A DNA stretch of 64,000 nt, counting the filler, from Octopus bimaculoides (lineage: Eukaryota), in assembly GCF_001194135.2 (NCBI RefSeq). It is 5 parts of 4 records of this genome, joined end to end, with 100 filler letters (N's around TTAATTAATTAA, not from the genome) between each part and the next. Parts side by side here need not be neighbours in the genome. Positions count along the whole stretch, not along the records: positions 57,980 to 62,858 come from NC_068990.1; positions 62,959 to 64,000 come from NW_026435878.1; 3 more parts are not named here. One strand, 5' to 3'. The translations under genes and the position numbers were made by a program. A model generated the notes under the pieces. That model saw nothing but the letters and a program-made list of their open reading frames with translations, searched no databases and was not told the DNA's origin. This document shows, piece after piece, positions 62,746 to 64,000 of this stretch (position 1 is the first letter of the stretch; each line of letters opens with the position of its first letter).

Positions 62746-63253
62746 AGGATAATGTACGAAAAAAGACAATAACAGACGAGGACAGGTGGTGTAAACAACA
62801 AAAGGATGTATTAGTATGACGCTCGGGAATACGGAAAGTCTTTAACGTTTCGAGCTACNNNNNNNNNNNNNNNNNNNNNNNNNNNNNNNNNNNNNNNNNN
62901 NNTTAATTAATTAANNNNNNNNNNNNNNNNNNNNNNNNNNNNNNNNNNNNNNNNNNNNAGGTGTGAGATGTACATAGAAAGATTAGAGGAAATTCAAACC
63001 GAAATAAATAGAATGAAAACGAACGAACGTAATATTGAATACTTCTATATTCATATAGAAAATAAACGAAATACCCATTTCCCTCACTTTCAATAACTCG
63101 CACTTTGATTCCAAATTTACATTCTCTCACTCTCTATCTCAGATTCTCTCACTCTCTATTGTTCTTTACCCGTCTCTCCTTTTCTCTCCTTCACTATCTC
63201 AGGCACAATGATAGCAAGCTTATGCTCTATTACACAAACAAAAGCGCTCAATA

Positions 63254-63298
<45 letters not shown>

Positions 63299-63353
63299 TA
63301 TACTATATTATATTATTTTATATTATATCATATTATATTTTATCATATTATAT

Positions 63354-63395
<42 letters not shown>

Positions 63396-63672
63396 CACAA
63401 ATATATATACACGTACCTATTTACATATATATATTTGTGTGTGTATGTGTGTGTGTATGTGTTTGTATGTGTGTGCGTGTGCGTATAGCACACACGAACC
63501 ACACATATACACGTGTAAATGTCGTTACATAAACTGACGAACTGTCGATGTGTTTGCAGACATGTGTATTAGATTGTGAATATGTATACGAATGTTTGCG
63601 TGTCCTACCTGGGTATGTTTGTGCATGTTTGTTTATGTATGTGTGTGTATGTGTGTGTGTGTATGTGTGTGT

Positions 63673-63709
<37 letters not shown>

Positions 63710-64000
63710 TTCACGCATGTTTGTGTTTGCGGTCTTGTGTGCGTGCATATATAGGTGCGTATTACTGAAAAGTATACCGGGTCAGTTAGTTATATATTTT
63801 TATCAGGACTTCTCTCAATAAATTTCCTATATAGGAGGTCCAGTGACTTTGCAAAACAAATAATAAGACAAAGCTATATACAACGAATAGAATTCTTTGC
63901 AGCGTTTTGAATATAGCTTGGTTTCAAGCTCAAGTTATTCAATATTCCGTCGAAATAGGCAATTGTGATATACATATATACATCACGCACATGTACATTC

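Overview
AT-rich, microsatellite-dense, gap-rich animal genomic DNA. The SINE, LINE and microsatellite repertoire looks cephalopod, most likely Octopus; this is inferred from pattern recognition, not a database hit. No intact host protein-coding gene could be recognised, and nearly all long ORFs in the track are artefacts of N-gaps or simple repeats. The window is a graveyard of nested transposons: two Gypsy LTR remnants, two Penelope-like (GIY-YIG) elements with inverted termini, RTE LINEs, a tandem array of R4/Dong-type restriction-like-endonuclease (RLE) LINEs in (TAA)n tracts, a HERO-like fragment, several Tc1/mariners, a hAT (Charlie/Buster-like) element, a Helitron 5' end and many tRNA-derived SINEs. 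One promoter-like motif cluster lies near 56.5-56.9 kb. The best observations are: (1) a full-length U6 snRNA fused to a full-length SINE, inserted as one unit with a 17-bp target-site duplication into the RPD catalytic motif of a Dong LINE (52.05-52.41 kb); (2) type-I hammerhead ribozyme folds in both inverted termini of a Penelope-like element, each with a different single core mutation (42.37-43.20 kb); (3) a twin-priming-like 5' inversion in the same Dong copy as (1); (4) a 155-bp insert nearly identical to neighbouring DNA, flanked by a 19-bp duplication (2.6-2.8 kb).
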